DNA of 64,000 bases from Candidatus Terrybacteria bacterium RIFCSPHIGHO2_01_FULL_43_35 (GCA_001822815.1 MHSR01000013.1:18808-82807); one strand, 5' to 3'; shown: positions 10,099 to 20,727, counted from the stretch's first letter. Program-made: numbers and translations. The notes: a model not told the origin generated them from the sequence alone.

Positions 10099-10178
10099 TC
10101 TAACAACTTATTACTTCTATCATATCACCTATCATTTATTGCCCAAACATCTAAAAATCGCCTGTTTTGAAGGCGATT

Positions 10179-12641
10179 TTAAACCACTATATTCAACAGT
10201 TTATCCTGCACATAAACGATCCGGTGTATTTTCTTATCCTTGGTGTACTTGAAAACATTTTCAAGATTAAGTGCTTTGGCCACAACCACGTCTTCAGCCA
10301 AACCGCTTGGCACTTTAAAAGTAGCACGCATTTTACCGTTAATCTGAACAACAACCAAAACCTCGTTCTGTTCTAAGGCAACTGGATCATAAACGGGCCA
10401 TCTTTCTTGTTGCACAGAATTATTATGCCCCAATTTTTCTTGCCAAAGTTCTTCGGCTAAATGAGGCGCGAAAGGAGAAACTAAAAGCACCAAGGTTTTG
10501 GCATCTGCTAAACTAACATTTTGCCTGTCCGCGTCATGGAGCGCGTTTACATACTCCATCAGTGAGCTGATAGCGGTATTAAATGAAAAATTCTCTATAT
10601 CTTTAGTGACCACTTTTATGGCCATGTTGCGCGCAAAATGAGTAGCGGCACTTCTGGTATTATCTTCGTTTAGAATTTTGCCGTCGTTTATCAAATTATA
10701 TATACGGCTCAAGAAACGCCATAAACCTATAATACCGCGCGTATCCCATGGTTTCTGATCTTCAAACGGTCCCAGAAAAAGCTCGTACATTCTTAAAGAA
10801 TCCGCGCCGTATAAATCTACAAGTTCATCCGGGTTGATTATATTACCTCTGGATTTAGACATTTTTTGTCCGTCCTGGCCCAAGATCAGACCCTGATTGA
10901 TCAATTTAGTGAAAGGTTCTTTGGTTGAAACCAGGCCAAGATCAAAAAGGAATTTATGCCAAAATCTTGCATAAAGCAGATGCAAAACGGCGTGCTCGAC
11001 ACCGCCGACATACAAATCAACGCCCATCCAATATTTTTCTTTTCTCTCGTCAACAATAGCCTTGTTGTTTTCTGGATCAATGAAACGCAGATAATACCAG
11101 CAGGAACCAGCCCACTGCGGCATAGTATTTGTTTCGCGTTTGGCTTTTGTACCGCAACGCGGGCATTCGGTGTTGACCCAACTGTCGATTTTTGCCAATG
11201 GCGATTCTCCGGTTCCGGTAGGTTCGTAACTTAAAATTTCTGGCAGCGTGAGAGGCAATGCCTCTTCTGGCAATGGCACAGCTCCGCATTTTGGACAATG
11301 AACTATCGGGATTGGCTCACCCCAATATCGCTGGCGGGAAAAAATCCAGTCGCGTAATTTATAGTTGACCATACCTCTGGCCAAACCATGCGCCTGCAGC
11401 CAGACAATAATCCTTGCTCGGGCATCTTCATTCCAAAGACCGTTGAATTCTCCCGAGTCTACCATGATGCCCTCGTGCGTGTGGGCTTCTTTTAACAAAC
11501 GATGTTTTTTGTTGTCTGGAGTAATAACCTCATTTATAGGCAGGTCATATTTCTTGGCAAAATCAAAATCTCTCTGATCGTGAGCCGGAACGGCCATTAT
11601 GGCTCCAGTTCCGTAATGCTCAAGGACATAGTCGGCCACAAAAACAGGTATTTTCTTTTTATCGGCGGGATTTATAGCCACTACACCCTCTAATTTAACG
11701 CCGGTTTTTTCGCCCGCCCCCCCCTGCCGCTCGCGGTCGCTTTTCTTTTTAGCCGCCTCTATATACTTTTCAACTTCGGACTTATTAGCAATGTGGCCTT
11801 CAAGCTTGTGCATCAGGGCGTGTTCCGGAGCCATGACAACATAGGTGGCGCCGAAAACAGTATCTGCCCTGGTAGTAAATACGGGCAATTCTAATTTCAA
11901 AGCAGATTTTTTGCCGGTCTTTTCAAGTTTAAAAATTATTTCTGCGCCATCAGATCTCCCAATCCAATTGCGCTGCATTTCTTTTATGTTTTCTGGCCAA
12001 TCAAGTTCGTCCAGATTATTAAGCAAACGGTCGGCATAAGCAGTAATCTTAAGCAGCCATTGTCTTATATTTTTTTTGATCACTGGCGTGCCGCAACGTT
12101 CACACTTGCCATCCACAACCTCTTCATTGGCCAGACCAGTGCCATCTTTTGGACAGAAGTTTATAGGCGCTTCAGATTCATAGGCCAATCCTTTTTCAAA
12201 AAGCTTTAAAAATATCCATTGCGTCCAGCGATAATACTCTGGATCGGTGGTATTTATTTCACGCTGCCAATCGTAAGAAAAACCCAAACTTTTAAGCTGG
12301 CTTCGGAAGCGCGTAATATTTTCCCCAACAGATTTTGAGGGGTGAGTTTTGCTTTTTATGGCGTAATTCTCTGCTGGTAAGCCAAAAGCGTCCCAACCCA
12401 TGGGATGCAAAACGTTTTTGCCGCGCATGCGCCAGTAACGACTCAAAACATCTGTAGCCGTGTATCCCTCGACATGACCGACATGCAAACCTTCGCCGGA
12501 TGGGTACGGAAACATGTCCAGAACATAATACTTGGATTTTTCATATCCGACATCCGGCAGATCTTGCGCGGCAAAAAGTTCTGGATGTTCTTCCCAGTAT
12601 TTCTGCCATCGCGCTTCAATTTTTTTAGGATTGTAGGGCAC
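10179..12641 (-). CDS. leuS: leucine-tRNA ligase
   Basis: MFPYPSGEGLHVGH, GTGAIMAVPAHDQRD editing motif, KMSKS; GTG start. Confidence 0.98.
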   Translation of the reverse strand: MPYNPKKIEARWQKYWEEHPELFAAQDLPDVGYEKSKYYVLDMFPYPSGEGLHVGHVEGYTATDVLSRYWRMRGKNVLHPMGWDAFGLPAENYAIKSKTHPSKSVGENITRFRSQLKSLGFSYDWQREINTTDPEYYRWTQWIFLKLFEKGLAYESEAPINFCPKDGTGLANEEVVDGKCERCGTPVIKKNIRQWLLKITAYADRLLNNLDELDWPENIKEMQRNWIGRSDGAEIIFKLEKTGKKSALKLELPVFTTRADTVFGATYVVMAPEHALMHKLEGHIANKSEVEKYIEAAKKKSDRERQGGAGEKTGVKLEGVVAINPADKKKIPVFVADYVLEHYGTGAIMAVPAHDQRDFDFAKKYDLPINEVITPDNKKHRLLKEAHTHEGIMVDSGEFNGLWNEDARARIIVWLQAHGLARGMVNYKLRDWIFSRQRYWGEPIPIVHCPKCGAVPLPEEALPLTLPEILSYEPTGTGESPLAKIDSWVNTECPRCGTKAKRETNTMPQWAGSCWYYLRFIDPENNKAIVDERKEKYWMGVDLYVGGVEHAVLHLLYARFWHKFLFDLGLVSTKEPFTKLINQGLILGQDGQKMSKSRGNIINPDELVDLYGADSLRMYELFLGPFEDQKPWDTRGIIGLWRFLSRIYNLINDGKILNEDNTRSAATHFARNMAIKVVTKDIENFSFNTAISSLMEYVNALHDADRQNVSLADAKTLVLLVSPFAPHLAEELWQEKLGHNNSVQQERWPVYDPVALEQNEVLVVVQINGKMRATFKVPSGLAEDVVVAKALNLENVFKYTKDKKIHRIVYVQDKLLNIVV

Positions 12642-12677
12642 AGTAAAAGTTAAAAATTTAAAGCGAAAAATGTAAAA

Positions 12678-13115
12678 TTAATCCAAGATTTCTTGCATTT
12701 TAGATAATACTATAGATCGCGCGTTGTCTTCGCCAAGCATATTAATAAATTTACCAAAAACGCTATCCATATCTAAATCACGTCTAAAAATAGGTTTAAA
12801 ATTAGAATAGGCAACAAAGCCTATCCCGTTTGCTGTTTTATTGCATCGGCATTCTAAAACAACATCGGTGTCATCAATACCACTATCTTTATAAATCCCA
12901 GTGTGATTTGACGATAACCAAATATCGAAATTTTTAGTAACAGCTATTGCAATGGCCTTACCGTCTTCAAGATCTCTTTTTAAATAACTTAAAGAAGAAC
13001 CTTCTCCAATTTTTACGCGCAAAATGCTAGACAGCTCTTCTGCGGAATATCTTTCTTTGTCTTCATCTACCTCTTTAATTTCGGCATGTGAAGTTGGTTT
13101 TTCTCTGGGGCCCAT
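12678..13115 (-). CDS. hypothetical protein
   Basis: 145-aa ORF filling the gap between tatD and leuS; weakly similar to the next ORF. Confidence 0.7.
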   Translation of the reverse strand: MGPREKPTSHAEIKEVDEDKERYSAEELSSILRVKIGEGSSLSYLKRDLEDGKAIAIAVTKNFDIWLSSNHTGIYKDSGIDDTDVVLECRCNKTANGIGFVAYSNFKPIFRRDLDMDSVFGKFINMLGEDNARSIVLSKMQEILD

Positions 13116-13171
13116 GTTTCAAATTAAAAATTCAAAACTAAAAATGGAAAAACGCGGTGTAAAAATTAAAA

Positions 13172-13537
13172 TTATTTCAATGCTTCTTGAATTTTTTCTG
13201 TAACGATTTCAACAAATTTGTGCGGAAATATTGCTCCAAAATATTTTGAAATTCCGACTTCCATATCGCCGTTTAAATCTTCATCATATACAAATATCAT
13301 TCGGCCTTTGTCTTTTATAAATCTTCCCCTGAAAATAACTTCTTCGCCTATTTCTACCGTTGTTGTAGGCAAAAGCGTGATGCTGAAATCATTTTTTACC
13401 TCGGTTATAATGCCGGATTCGTTTTCCTCCAGTCCTCGCAAAATTTCCAGTTCTCCACGCACAAAAGATTTTTGCTTAAAATCTTCGAGGGTGTATATAT
13501 TCTCTGATGTAGAACTAAATTCTGATCTCTCGTGCAT
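13172..13537 (-). CDS. hypothetical protein
   Basis: 121-aa acidic ORF starting 1 nt after the tatD stop. Confidence 0.7.
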   Translation of the reverse strand: MHERSEFSSTSENIYTLEDFKQKSFVRGELEILRGLEENESGIITEVKNDFSITLLPTTTVEIGEEVIFRGRFIKDKGRMIFVYDEDLNGDMEVGISKYFGAIFPHKFVEIVTEKIQEALK

Positions 13538-13538
13538 G

Positions 13539-14402
13539 CTATTGAATAGGTAAATTAAACATTTTTTTAGCGTTAAGAACAGTTTGCTCCGCTACTTCTT
13601 CAAATGATGTGTTTTTGACTCCCGCTATGTGCTCAACAACATATTTTACGTTGACGGGTTCGTTGCGTTCGTCCCTATGCGGAACCGGCGTTAAATACGG
13701 AGAGTCGGTTTCGGTAAAAAGCTTATAAAGCGGCGCATCTTTAATAATTCTATCCCACGCGCCGTTATAAGTAATCATACCCGTAAAAGATAATCCGAAG
13801 CCTAACTGCATATATTCCTGGGCCTGAGCTTTGTTGCCGGAAAAACAGTGGCTCACGCCGCGCAGGCCTCGAGGCACATATTCCTTTAGTATAGCAAGCA
13901 TATCTTGATGCGCATTACGCTTGAGACCATCAACCTGGCCATCGCGGCAATGCAATATAACCGGCTTGGTAACTTCAAGTGCAAGTTCAAGCTGCTGCCG
14001 CAGTATATTTTCCTGATGTTTTCTATCGTCTTCAGTAATTTCAAGGCGTTTTACATAATCAAGACCAGTTTCGCCTATGGCCACTACAAGCGGATGCTTG
14101 GCAAGTAGCAACCATTCATTCATTTCAAATGTCTCATTGCTGGTTCTGGAGGCGTGATCGCCCCCCGCTTCTTCTTCATCGGGATCAAAAATTGTTGGCT
14201 TTGTGTGTATAGGGTGCAAACCGATCGCCGGAAACACAAGACCGCGATATTTTTCGCCAAATTCAATTGCGCGGCGCGAGATAGCAAGTTTGGTTGATGG
14301 CGCAACCATAAAAACGCCCGCTTCTTGCGCGCGGCGTATAACCTCATCGGCATCATCCTTAAAAATATTGAAGTGAATATGGGCGTGTAAATCAACTAAC
14401 AT
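13539..14402 (-). CDS. tatD: TatD family nuclease
   Basis: DLHAH, IGLHP, VAIGETGLDY, ILHCRD, HCFSG, TETDSPYLTP. Confidence 0.93.
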   Translation of the reverse strand: MLVDLHAHIHFNIFKDDADEVIRRAQEAGVFMVAPSTKLAISRRAIEFGEKYRGLVFPAIGLHPIHTKPTIFDPDEEEAGGDHASRTSNETFEMNEWLLLAKHPLVVAIGETGLDYVKRLEITEDDRKHQENILRQQLELALEVTKPVILHCRDGQVDGLKRNAHQDMLAILKEYVPRGLRGVSHCFSGNKAQAQEYMQLGFGLSFTGMITYNGAWDRIIKDAPLYKLFTETDSPYLTPVPHRDERNEPVNVKYVVEHIAGVKNTSFEEVAEQTVLNAKKMFNLPIQ

Positions 14403-14463
14403 GCGTTAGAATTTGACATTTTGAATTTGGGATCTAGAAATAGTAAAATCTAATTTCAACATT

Positions 14464-15936
14464 CTAAATTCTAGGGAACAACGGCTCGCCTTTGTGTGGT
14501 TTGAGCCCTTGCTCCTCCCATGAACCCTGGGCCGATTTATCCAAACCTATCTGCTTAAAAATCTTTTCGGCGGTTTGCGGCAAAAACGGCTCAAGCATCC
14601 AGCCCATATTGACAATTAAATAGAGAAGGTTTGGAATGGCTTTTTGCCAATTATCACCTTGCCACGGCTTTTCGCGGTCAATATAAAGATTGCCTTCACG
14701 CGCAAGCTCATAGATGCGACTTAATGCCTCGCTGAAGCGAAATCTGGCCATAGCCGAGCCGTAAAAATCCCAGGCGTCGTTAACCGAAATTTCGAAATCG
14801 GCTGAAGACATTTTTAATGGTTTGGGGGATTTCTCCGCCAAAGCGCATACTCGCGCAACTAAGTTACCCAGACCATTGGCCAGTTCTGCGGAATAAACAT
14901 CAGCCATGCGCTCAGGGGTCATGTCGCCGTCTTCCATGGCAGGAATTTCCTTAAGCAAAAAATAGCGCACGGCGTCAGCTCCGTATTTGGCTATGAGCCC
15001 AAATGGATCAATAACATTGCCCAAAGACTTAGACATTTTTTGGCCGCCGGATTGAATATGACCATGCACCAGAATAGTTTTGGGTAGAGGTAATTTAACG
15101 ACCATAAGCATGGCCGGCCAAATTATGGCGTGAAAACGCATAATGTCCTTCCCTATCACATGTGCATCTGCGGGCCAGAACTTTTTGAACAGTTCGTCTT
15201 CGCTGCGGCCGAAACCCAAAGCGCTAATATAATTGACCAGCGCGTCGGCCCAAACATAAATAGTATGTTTTTTATCGCCAGGAACAGGTATGCCCCATTT
15301 TAAATCCTTGCTTGGCCGCGAAAAACTAACGTCTTCCAAGCCCTGGTTTATAAAATTCAATACTTCTGTTCGGCGATGTTCCGGAATTATTTTAATAATT
15401 CCCTGTTCATAAATATTAGCCAGCTTTTCTTGGAAATCAGAAAGCTTAAAAAAATAATTCTCTTCTTTTATGATTTCTGGTTTCCTATTATGATCCGAGC
15501 ACAAACCATTTACCAAATCGCTTGGCACTTTGAAAGCCTCGCAACCAGAACAGTAAAGGCCTTCGTAATATTTTTTGTATAAAACCTCTGCCGCGTTTAA
15601 ATTTTGCCACATTTCCTGCGCCCCTGGCCAATGAACCTTCTTATCTGATGTGCGGATAAATGAATCATTGCTTATGTTTAAGTCTTTGGCTAAATCACGG
15701 AAACGCTGGCTTACCTCATCAGCGAAAACCTGTGGGTCTTTGTCCGCTTCTTGCGCGGCTTTAACAATTTTCTGCCCGTGTTCGTCCGTTCCCGTTAGAT
15801 AATAGACGTCGTCTCCCAAAAGCCTTCTGTATCTTGCGATAACATCGGCTTGGCACAATTCCAAAGCAAAACCAACGTGTGGCGGCGCGTTAACATAGGC
15901 AATTGCGGTTGTAATGTAAAATTTTGATTTATTCAT
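14464..15936 (-). CDS. metG: methionine-tRNA ligase (short form)
   Basis: YITTAIAYVNAPPHVGF, TGTDEHGQK, YVWADAL, GKDIMRFH, KMSKS. Confidence 0.97.
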   Translation of the reverse strand: MNKSKFYITTAIAYVNAPPHVGFALELCQADVIARYRRLLGDDVYYLTGTDEHGQKIVKAAQEADKDPQVFADEVSQRFRDLAKDLNISNDSFIRTSDKKVHWPGAQEMWQNLNAAEVLYKKYYEGLYCSGCEAFKVPSDLVNGLCSDHNRKPEIIKEENYFFKLSDFQEKLANIYEQGIIKIIPEHRRTEVLNFINQGLEDVSFSRPSKDLKWGIPVPGDKKHTIYVWADALVNYISALGFGRSEDELFKKFWPADAHVIGKDIMRFHAIIWPAMLMVVKLPLPKTILVHGHIQSGGQKMSKSLGNVIDPFGLIAKYGADAVRYFLLKEIPAMEDGDMTPERMADVYSAELANGLGNLVARVCALAEKSPKPLKMSSADFEISVNDAWDFYGSAMARFRFSEALSRIYELAREGNLYIDREKPWQGDNWQKAIPNLLYLIVNMGWMLEPFLPQTAEKIFKQIGLDKSAQGSWEEQGLKPHKGEPLFPRI

Positions 15937-15947
15937 TATCTTTAGGA

Positions 15948-16177
15948 CTTACGCGCTTGCCGTTTTTCTCGCTCATCGGTAAGTATGCACTAGTTGTTTT
16001 CGCTCCTATCTGCGGGGACGATTATTGGCACTGCCACAAATTGGTCATCTTCCGGCAAACTCGCTCGCTTTCGCTCGCTCAAACAGTGCCTCACTACGAC
16101 CAATTCGTGGCGCCAATGTACGTCTCCTCGAATGTCGCGAAAATCAACTAGTGCATACAAAAAGTCAAGCGCGTAAG
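15948..16177. mobile_element. MITE-like nested palindromic element
   Basis: Terminal IR CTTACGCGCTTG/CAAGCGCGTAAG, inner IR GTATGCACTAGTTG/CAACTAGTGCATAC, core homologous to 18060-18270 (inverted). Confidence 0.75.
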
Positions 16178-16244
16178 GTCCTAATCATTGAAAAATCTTA
16201 GAAAAAGTGGGTTGGCGTTAATATTTAAATTATACCTTAAAATA

Positions 16245-16922
16245 TTAATAAAAGATTATCGTGTATTCGCCGCGCGGCTTTTCTTTATTGATGTTCTCTA
16301 TCGCCTGTTCAAGCGTGCCGCGGAAAATGGTTTCAAATTTTTTAGTTAGTTCTCTGCCCACAATCACTTTGGCGTTGTCACCCAAAACGGCTCTGGCTTC
16401 CATGAGTGTTTTGGCGACGCGGTAAGGAGATTCGTAAATAATTTTTGGCATATCTTTAAAGACGGCCAGGTTATTGAAAAAAGTCTTTCTGCCTTTTTTG
16501 GTCGGCGGATATCCCAAGAATACGAAATTCTGCATCGGCAAACCAGAAACCGAAGCAAGTGCCGTCAGGGCGCTTGGACCAGGTATTGGCACAACTCTAA
16601 GCTCCATGCCAAGTATGCCATAAAGTCTGGCTACCAGTTCATTGCCTGGATCGGAAATGCCGGGCGTGCCGGCATCGGTGACCAGCGCGCAATTTTTGCC
16701 TTCGCGCAGCAATTGAGCAATATGAAAAGTTGCTTTCTCGCTACTGTGCTGATGGTACGCCTCAAGAAACGTGTTAATGTTATAATGTTTCAAAAGCGTT
16801 TTGGTTACGCGCGTGTCTTCGGCAAATATAAAATCGGCTTCCTTTAATATGCGGAGCGCGCGCAAAGAAATGTCTTCCAAATTACCTATTGGAGTAGCTA
16901 CAATATAAAGGTTTCCATACAT
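16245..16922 (-). CDS. rsmI: 16S rRNA C1402 2'-O-methyltransferase
   Basis: LYIVATPIGNLEDIS, AEDTR, DAGTPGISDPG, YESPYR, RELTKKFE. Confidence 0.96.
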   Translation of the reverse strand: MYGNLYIVATPIGNLEDISLRALRILKEADFIFAEDTRVTKTLLKHYNINTFLEAYHQHSSEKATFHIAQLLREGKNCALVTDAGTPGISDPGNELVARLYGILGMELRVVPIPGPSALTALASVSGLPMQNFVFLGYPPTKKGRKTFFNNLAVFKDMPKIIYESPYRVAKTLMEARAVLGDNAKVIVGRELTKKFETIFRGTLEQAIENINKEKPRGEYTIIFY

Positions 16923-17044
16923 ACCTTTTATTTGTACTCGCAATAAAGACAAAAAGCAAAACCGTTATGATAGCTGGTAGTTAGTAGATGGTAGATAGAG
17001 ACGACTTTTCCTAACTACTAACTACAATCTACTATCTTCTAATT

Positions 17045-17530
17045 ATGATTTTAGCCGTCCACATCCTTTTTGGCGCCGCTGTCGGCAATGCTGTTGGTAA
17101 TCCCGCACTCGGGCTGCCAACTGCTTTCGTGAGCCACTATTTACTCGATTCGCTCCCCCACCGCGAGTATGATATTGACCGCGTAGAAAATCTCTCACGC
17201 ACCGGATGGCGCCGCGCCGCAATAGATTTTATAAAAATATTCATTGATTTTTTCGGCGGGATGGCAATACTCGTATTCATCGCGCCAGCCTCTATTCCGC
17301 TCCCATGGCTTCTTTTGTGGGGCTTTTTTGCCGCGCTGCCAGACGGTATATCTTTCTTGCATTATTTATGGCCAGATAATAAACCGCTTGCAGCTCAACA
17401 ACGCTTCCACAAACTTATCCATATAAAACAGGATAAAAAAGAAACTCCATGGCGTCTCGGGATTCCTTTTCAAATTGCCGTTGCCCTTGCGGCTATAGTA
17501 CTTTTGAACAGCCATTCGCTCGTGCACTAA
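17045..17530 (+). CDS. membrane protein, metal-dependent hydrolase-like
   Basis: H near N-terminus, SHYLLDSLPH, LPD and HKLIH with TM helices. Confidence 0.7.
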   Translation: MILAVHILFGAAVGNAVGNPALGLPTAFVSHYLLDSLPHREYDIDRVENLSRTGWRRAAIDFIKIFIDFFGGMAILVFIAPASIPLPWLLLWGFFAALPDGISFLHYLWPDNKPLAAQQRFHKLIHIKQDKKETPWRLGIPFQIAVALAAIVLLNSHSLVH

Positions 17531-17608
17531 ACAAAAAGTGTCCGTAAAGGACGCCGAACTCAATTTATTATTGATCGCGAGAACGAGAATCTCCCCCGCT
17601 GGAGTTGT

Positions 17609-17902
17609 TTATTGATTTTTTTCAGTCGAATCTTTTTCGGTCGAATCTGGCGATGGATCAGGATCTGCTATGCTAGACAAACCAATCATAACCGCGCTCA
17701 CAGAAATCACAGAGAGGCCCATTGTAATTGCTAAGATTGCAAACGGGTCCGCGTCCGCGTAGAGGGTAGCGTAGAGGATAGGTAGAACAAGATTACTGAT
17801 CGCTGAAACGACTTGCACCATAAAAAAGGCAATCACGACCATCACAAAGAAACTAACTGCAGTAACGATGCCAAATCTAGCGAGCTTAACGAGATACCGC
17901 AT
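17609..17902 (-). CDS. hypothetical two-TM membrane protein
   Basis: AAAGGGGA SD, TTGACA-17-TATAAA promoter (17991-17963), hydrophobic segments. Confidence 0.65.
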   Translation of the reverse strand: MRYLVKLARFGIVTAVSFFVMVVIAFFMVQVVSAISNLVLPILYATLYADADPFAILAITMGLSVISVSAVMIGLSSIADPDPSPDSTEKDSTEKNQ

Positions 17903-18059
17903 TTTCTTGTCCCCTTTCTCGGGTTTTCAAAGGGATTCTTTGTGAATCCCGTACTATGTATGTTTATACACTGTTATTGTATTTCTGTCAAGCTCTTCGG
18001 CTAAAACTAAAAGGTCGCCGCAGGCGACCTTCATTATCTTCTTTTTTAGTTCTAGAAAA

Positions 18060-18270
18060 ACGTGTCCGCCTGAACGATTTCCGAGGAAACGTAAATTGGC
18101 GCCACGAATCGGACGCCATGAGGCACTGTTTGACCCAGCCCCAGTTTTGCATTAACAAATCTATTTTTATCAAACGGACTGTTAGACAAAACTGGGGCTG
18201 AGGAGTTTGCCGGAAGGTGTCTGATTCGCAGCAATGCCAATAATCGTCCCCGCAGACGTGAGCGAAAGCA
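18060..18270 (-). repeat. second copy of the 16-kb element core with a different central hairpin
   Basis: Reverse complement shares TCTGCGGGGACGATTATTGGCA, CTTCCGGCAAACTC, TCAAACAGTGCCTCA and ATTCGTGGCGCCAAT with 15998-16140. Confidence 0.85.
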
Positions 18271-18281
18271 TGACTGCGCTT

Positions 18282-19322
18282 TTACACCTTTACTTTCCCT
18301 TGGCTAAAATCGCTGAAAAATTCTATAAGCACGGCCGCAACTGGAACGGCCAGCAAAATTCCGGGAATGCCGCCGAGGCGGGCGCCTATTAACAACGAAA
18401 AGATGACGATGATAGGATGCAAACCTAATACCCTTTTGAATATTATAGGCACAAGTACATTGCCCTCAAGCTGCTGCAAAACAAAGAAAAACAAACCAAT
18501 CAAGATTGCCATGGCCGGATTCTGGAAAAATGCGATGGAAATCGCGATTATGGCTGTTGCAATAGGACCGACTATGGGAACAATCTCTAAAATACCGGCG
18601 ATTATGGCTATTATAAGAGCGTAATGGATCTGCTCACCCAAAAACAACCCTATCGCAATAAGACCAACATATGTAGCAACGCCGATAAGCACGGCCAATA
18701 CGACCTGCCCCTGGAACCATTGGCCTATTTTTTTCTGCGCGCGCTTCCAGAGATCAACCACATAAGGCTCTTCCGATTGACTAAGCATCCGCAAGAATTT
18801 CTCTTCGCCATCCCTCTGTAAGGCCAGATAGAACGACGCCAAGAATACCGTGATTATTTGAAGGCTCCTGCCGACTACTCCCGTAAAAATACCCGGAAGC
18901 GTGGGTATAAACTGAGCAATATGCGTGTTGATCTCTTCAAAATAAACCTCAAAACCTCCGAATGCTGGGTTGCTCGGATTTATGCCGTATCTGGAGAGAG
19001 AATTTAATATGCCGGTGGCGTAAAATGAAAAATTGGTTGCAAAATCCGTAAGTTCACTGGCTAAAGGAGGCAGGATGGTCCACAAGAAAATAGCCAAGCC
19101 AATGATCGCGGTGAAGTAAACAGTCAAAAGAGCCACGATGCGCGGAATGTGCTTATTTTCCATGCGCGTAGCTAAAGGATCGATAGCCGCAGCTATGACT
19201 ATAGCGAAAAGCAAAAGTATTATTATATCGCGTAAGATAAAAATGGATAAAACAATAACTATAGCCAGCATCACTCTGACGATAGTTGAAGAAGGTATGT
19301 GTATGTAAACGTTATTGTTCAT
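18282..19322 (-). CDS. AI-2E (PerM) family transporter
   Basis: Multi-TM; LEIVPIVGP, QQLEGNVLVP, GLHP, GILLAVP. Confidence 0.92.
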   Translation of the reverse strand: MNNNVYIHIPSSTIVRVMLAIVIVLSIFILRDIIILLLFAIVIAAAIDPLATRMENKHIPRIVALLTVYFTAIIGLAIFLWTILPPLASELTDFATNFSFYATGILNSLSRYGINPSNPAFGGFEVYFEEINTHIAQFIPTLPGIFTGVVGRSLQIITVFLASFYLALQRDGEEKFLRMLSQSEEPYVVDLWKRAQKKIGQWFQGQVVLAVLIGVATYVGLIAIGLFLGEQIHYALIIAIIAGILEIVPIVGPIATAIIAISIAFFQNPAMAILIGLFFFVLQQLEGNVLVPIIFKRVLGLHPIIVIFSLLIGARLGGIPGILLAVPVAAVLIEFFSDFSQGKVKV

Positions 19323-19441
19323 CCCGTTAGAAGCAGATCGCGATCAATGATCTCAATCTGCAAAATTATTTGTATGGATACTATAATATGACATAGGTAT
19401 TTTTACTGCTAATCTATTGCGATCGCGGCTTCTAACGGGAT
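19321..19441. repeat. palindromic element ATCCCGTTAGAAG...CTTCTAACGGGAT
   Basis: 13-bp terminal IR plus inner GATCGC/GCGATC arms; relatives at 30140-30212 and 52148-52276; its end overlaps the AI-2E ATG. Confidence 0.8.
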
Positions 19442-19452
19442 TCATGATTGGT

Positions 19453-20727
19453 TTATCGTGAAAGTATTCTCATTATACCATCTTTATTCTTATGCGGGCC
19501 AATCAAGGCTAGATTAAAGCGCGATGGTTTAAAAACGTCCTGGGCTACGGAAATTACATCACTGGAAGAAACTTCGCGTATTTTTTCAATGTAGTGTTCC
19601 GGTTTCTCAATAACATTCTTCAATAGCTCCTGCGTAGCAAGATAAGAGGCTACTTCATCCGTTTCCTCAAGACCAAGAAGAAAGCGACCAACTAGATAAT
19701 CCTTGGCTTTCAACAATTCTTTATGGTTGACTGGTTTTTTGGCTATCAAATCATATTCCCGGCGTATGGCCTCCAAGGCCCTAAGAACTTCGGAGTTCTT
19801 AATGCCGGCGTGCGACATGATGTATCCAGAATCGGTATCAAGAGAGGGCGAGGTGCCTATATAATAGGCCAATCCCAAATGATCGCGCACGTTCAAAAAC
19901 AGACGCGAACTCATGTTGCCGCCCAAAATTGTGGCAAGCACCAACAATGCGAACCTTCGCGGATCACGATGATTAAAAGCTCTGGCCCCGAAAGCGATGT
20001 GCGTCTGGTCGGTCGGCTTGAAAGAAAGCGTTACTTTCGGTTTGGTTTGATCTTCGTAAACCGGCGGTTTAACCGAAGATTCTCTTTTGGGTAAGGTGGA
20101 AAAGCGCCTGCTTATTTCGCGCGTAGTGTGTTTTGGGTCAATATTCCCCGCTACGCAAACAACCGTCCCTAGTGTACCGTAATATTTCTTAAAATAAGCG
20201 AGAATGTCTTTGCGGGTTATATGACTCACGGATTCTTTGGTGCCGCCCACGTACCATCCTGCCGGCTGATCGCCCCAGACAGTCTCTTCAAAAAGATCTT
20301 CGACGAAACGCGTTGGCGTATCAAAATAGAGATTGAGTTCTTCAAAGATTACTCGTCTTTCTTTTTCTATCTCTTTGCCTTCAAAAAGCGGGCTGGTGAG
20401 CATATCTGAAACTATATCCAGAGCCAAGTCGGTGTGTTGAGCTGAGGCTTTAACCCAATAGCCGGTATACTCTTTGGAAGTGAAGGCGTTATGTTCTGCG
20501 CCCACCCCATCCAAAACAGCAGCCACGGCTTCTGTTGTTGGCCGGTGACGTGTACCTTTAAAAAAGAGGTGTTCTAAAAAATGAGAAATGCCGTTTATTC
20601 TTTTCTGTTCGTATTTTGATCCGGCGGCCACGAGAACAAGCACTGTTACGGCTTGAGTTTGCTTCATAGGCGCCAAAATAACACGTAAGCCACTGGGCAA
20701 TTTAGTAAACTTGTATGGCAACATCAT
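19453..20727 (-). CDS. M16 family zinc peptidase
   Basis: GISHFLEHLFFKGT (HxxEH), NAFTS, GGNMSSRLF..VR..LGLAY. Confidence 0.94.
   Translation of the reverse strand: MMLPYKFTKLPSGLRVILAPMKQTQAVTVLVLVAAGSKYEQKRINGISHFLEHLFFKGTRHRPTTEAVAAVLDGVGAEHNAFTSKEYTGYWVKASAQHTDLALDIVSDMLTSPLFEGKEIEKERRVIFEELNLYFDTPTRFVEDLFEETVWGDQPAGWYVGGTKESVSHITRKDILAYFKKYYGTLGTVVCVAGNIDPKHTTREISRRFSTLPKRESSVKPPVYEDQTKPKVTLSFKPTDQTHIAFGARAFNHRDPRRFALLVLATILGGNMSSRLFLNVRDHLGLAYYIGTSPSLDTDSGYIMSHAGIKNSEVLRALEAIRREYDLIAKKPVNHKELLKAKDYLVGRFLLGLEETDEVASYLATQELLKNVIEKPEHYIEKIREVSSSDVISVAQDVFKPSRFNLALIGPHKNKDGIMRILSR

Noticed and set aside
9884-10130. glmS ribozyme in the glmS leader
   Set aside because: No AGCGCC...GACGAGG core on the sense strand; the leader consists of the repeat family found before other genes.
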